Origin: Saccostrea echinata
Lineage: Eukaryota
Direction: 5' to 3'
Assembly: GCF_033153115.1 (NCBI RefSeq)
Contig: NW_026889774.1
Location: 23,560,001 to 23,624,000 of the forward strand
DNA length: 64,000 nt
A program made the position numbers and the translations under genes. Under the pieces are notes generated by a model, which worked only from the letters and a program-made list of their open reading frames with translations, was not told where the DNA came from and made no database searches. Positions 62,066-64,000 of this stretch are shown piece by piece (position 1 is the first letter of the stretch; each line of letters begins with the position of its first letter).

Positions 62066-64000
62066 CCTTCAACTGACAGGATGCAGAGAATCTGAGGCAG
62101 TTGAGAAGAAACATCACCAGGAGCCACATCAACAGCCATGGAAGCTTATATGGAAGTATTTTGATTTTTTCCCTTCTCTATCCTTTCTTTCTCCTATCTT
62201 CCTCCCTAATCTAACATAACTAACCACCATCCCACCCTTTCCCCCACATTCCAGTTCCTGACTTAACTGTCATTGTTTGCTAACTGATTTTTCAACCAAT
62301 TTTGTTATAATGAATATTTTTACTTGAATTTGTGTGATTTGTTGCATTGTTTTGAATTTCTACTAATCTTGTGTCAGTTGTATATTTTCAGGGGCTCAGA
62401 AGAGGAAGAAGGAAGCAGGAGCAAGTCCAATGAACAGATGAAGAATAGTCCATTTCCAAGTTGAAGGCAGCAGCCAACCTTGCTAGAATAGGTAAGCAAC
62501 AAGCTGCTTTTTCTTGAATTAAACTTCTCACTTGATATCAAATGCAAGTGTTCCTTCTTTGATGTGTGTTTTTTTCTTTGTTAGCAGAAGAATGTGTTGG
62601 CTGACCAGGATCCTGAAGTAAGGAGTTGTCCCTCTCCCATTCAACTGCAGACATGAGTAGCATGCACGGTAAGATTCTGACTTCTTGCATCCTTTCCTGA
62701 TATTTTGTTTACCAATTGGTGTTGTCTGTATCAGGCTTTGACCTGTTGACCTTCAATTGACAGGATGTAGAGAATCTGAGGCAGTTGAGAAGAAACATCA
62801 CCAGGAGCCACATCAACAGCCATGGAAGCTTATATGGAAGTATTTTTGATTTTTTTTCCTTCTGTATCTTTCCTTTCTCCTATGTTCCTCCCTAATCTAA
62901 CATAACTAACCACCATCCCACCCTTTCCCCCACATTCCAGTTCCTGACTTAATTGTCATTGTTTGCTAACTGATTTTTCAACCAATTTTGTTGTCATGAA
63001 TATTTTTACTTGAATTTGTGTGATTTGTTGCATTGTTTTGAATTTCTACTAATCTTGTGTCAGTTGTATATTTTCAGGGGCTCAGAAGAGGAAGAAGGAA
63101 GCAGGAGCAAGTCCAATGAACAGATGAAGAATAGTCCATTTCCAAGTTGAAGGCAGCAGCCAACCTTGCTAGAATAGGTAAGCAACAAGCTGCTTTTTCT
63201 TAAATTAAACTTCTCACTTGATATCAAATGCAAGTGTTCCTTCTTTGATGTGTGTTTTTTTCTTTGTTAGCAGAAGAATGTGTTGGCTGACCAGGATCCT
63301 GAAGTAAGGAGTTGTCCCTCTCCCATTCAACTGCAGACATGAGTAGCATGCACGGTAAGATTCTGACTTCTTGCATCCTTTCCTGATATTTTGCTTACCA
63401 ATTGGTGTTGTCTGTATCAGGCTTTGACCTGTTGACCTTCAATTGACAGGATGCAGAGAATCTGAGGCAGTTGAGAAGAAACATCACCAGGAGCCACATC
63501 AACAGCCATGGAAGCTTATATGGAAGTATTTTTGATTTTTGTTCCTTCTGTATCTTTTCTTTCTCCTATCTTCCTCCCTAATCTAACATAACTAACCATC
63601 ATCCCACCCTTTCCCCCACATTCCAGTTCCTGACTTAATTGTCATTGTTTGCTAACTGATTTTTCAACCAATTTTGTTATAATGAATATTTTTACTTGAA
63701 TTTGTGTGATTTGTTGCATTGTTTTGAATTTCTACTAACCTTGTGTCAGTTGTATATTTTCAGGGGCTCAGAAGAGGAAGAAGGAAGCAGGAGCAAGTCC
63801 AATGAACAGATGAAGAATAGTCCATTTCCAAGTTGAAGGCAGCAGCCAACCTTGCTAGAATAGGTAAGCAACAAGCTGCTTTTTCTTAAATTAAACTTCT
63901 CACTTGATATCAAATGCAAGTGTTCCTTCTTTGATGTGTGTTTTTTTCTTTGTTAGCAGAAGAATGTGTTGGCTGACCAGGATCCTGAAGTAAGGAGTTG
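62066..64000 (+). repeat. ~685-bp near-identical tandem repeat (about 2.8 units, truncated by the window edge) with exon-like segments
   Basis: Unit marker GACAGGATG.AGAGAATC recurs with CAGG at 62077, 62761 and 63447. Confidence 0.95.

Noticed and set aside
61920-62132. Minus-strand ORF with a signal-peptide-like start (MWLLVMFLL)
   Set aside because: Antisense of a purine-rich segment; the strong splice signals in the repeat point to the plus strand.
62392-62491. Selenocysteine read-through of exon B TGA codons
   Set aside because: Each frame also hits a TAG before the exon ends.
62156-62760. Intronic snoRNA or miRNA in the repeat unit
   Set aside because: No RTGATGA/CTGA box pair with a terminal stem; hairpins (CCTGATA/TATCAGG, CACTTG/CAAGTG) are too short for a pre-miRNA. 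An Rfam scan would be needed to exclude this fully.

Overview
AT-rich eukaryotic DNA, most likely a bivalve/oyster (inferred from the 166-bp satellite-bearing HINE elements and the repeat landscape). 1-14538 (-): intron-rich NEK1-like kinase gene, 27 coding exons visible, running off the left edge. 14941-18558 (+): 3-exon NDUFA2, head-to-head with NEK1 (402 bp between the ATGs). 26.8-45.9 kb (+): four intact GPCRs with intronless CDS, class A, myosuppressin-receptor/DMSR-1 (Srw-like) type, preceded by an old non-coding tandem duplication. The rest is dense in non-autonomous elements: hAT, Kolobok-like, Mutator-like and TA-flanked MITEs, HINEs (one nested in another), long-hairpin elements, a tRNA-derived SINE and Penelope-like fragments. 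Two assembly gaps lie at 46.4-46.7 kb. From ~62.07 kb to the right edge is a near-identical ~685-bp tandem repeat in which each unit carries three exon-like segments with canonical splice signals but no continuous ORF, possibly a spliced repeat lncRNA. All coordinates were read by eye and no database searches were run.
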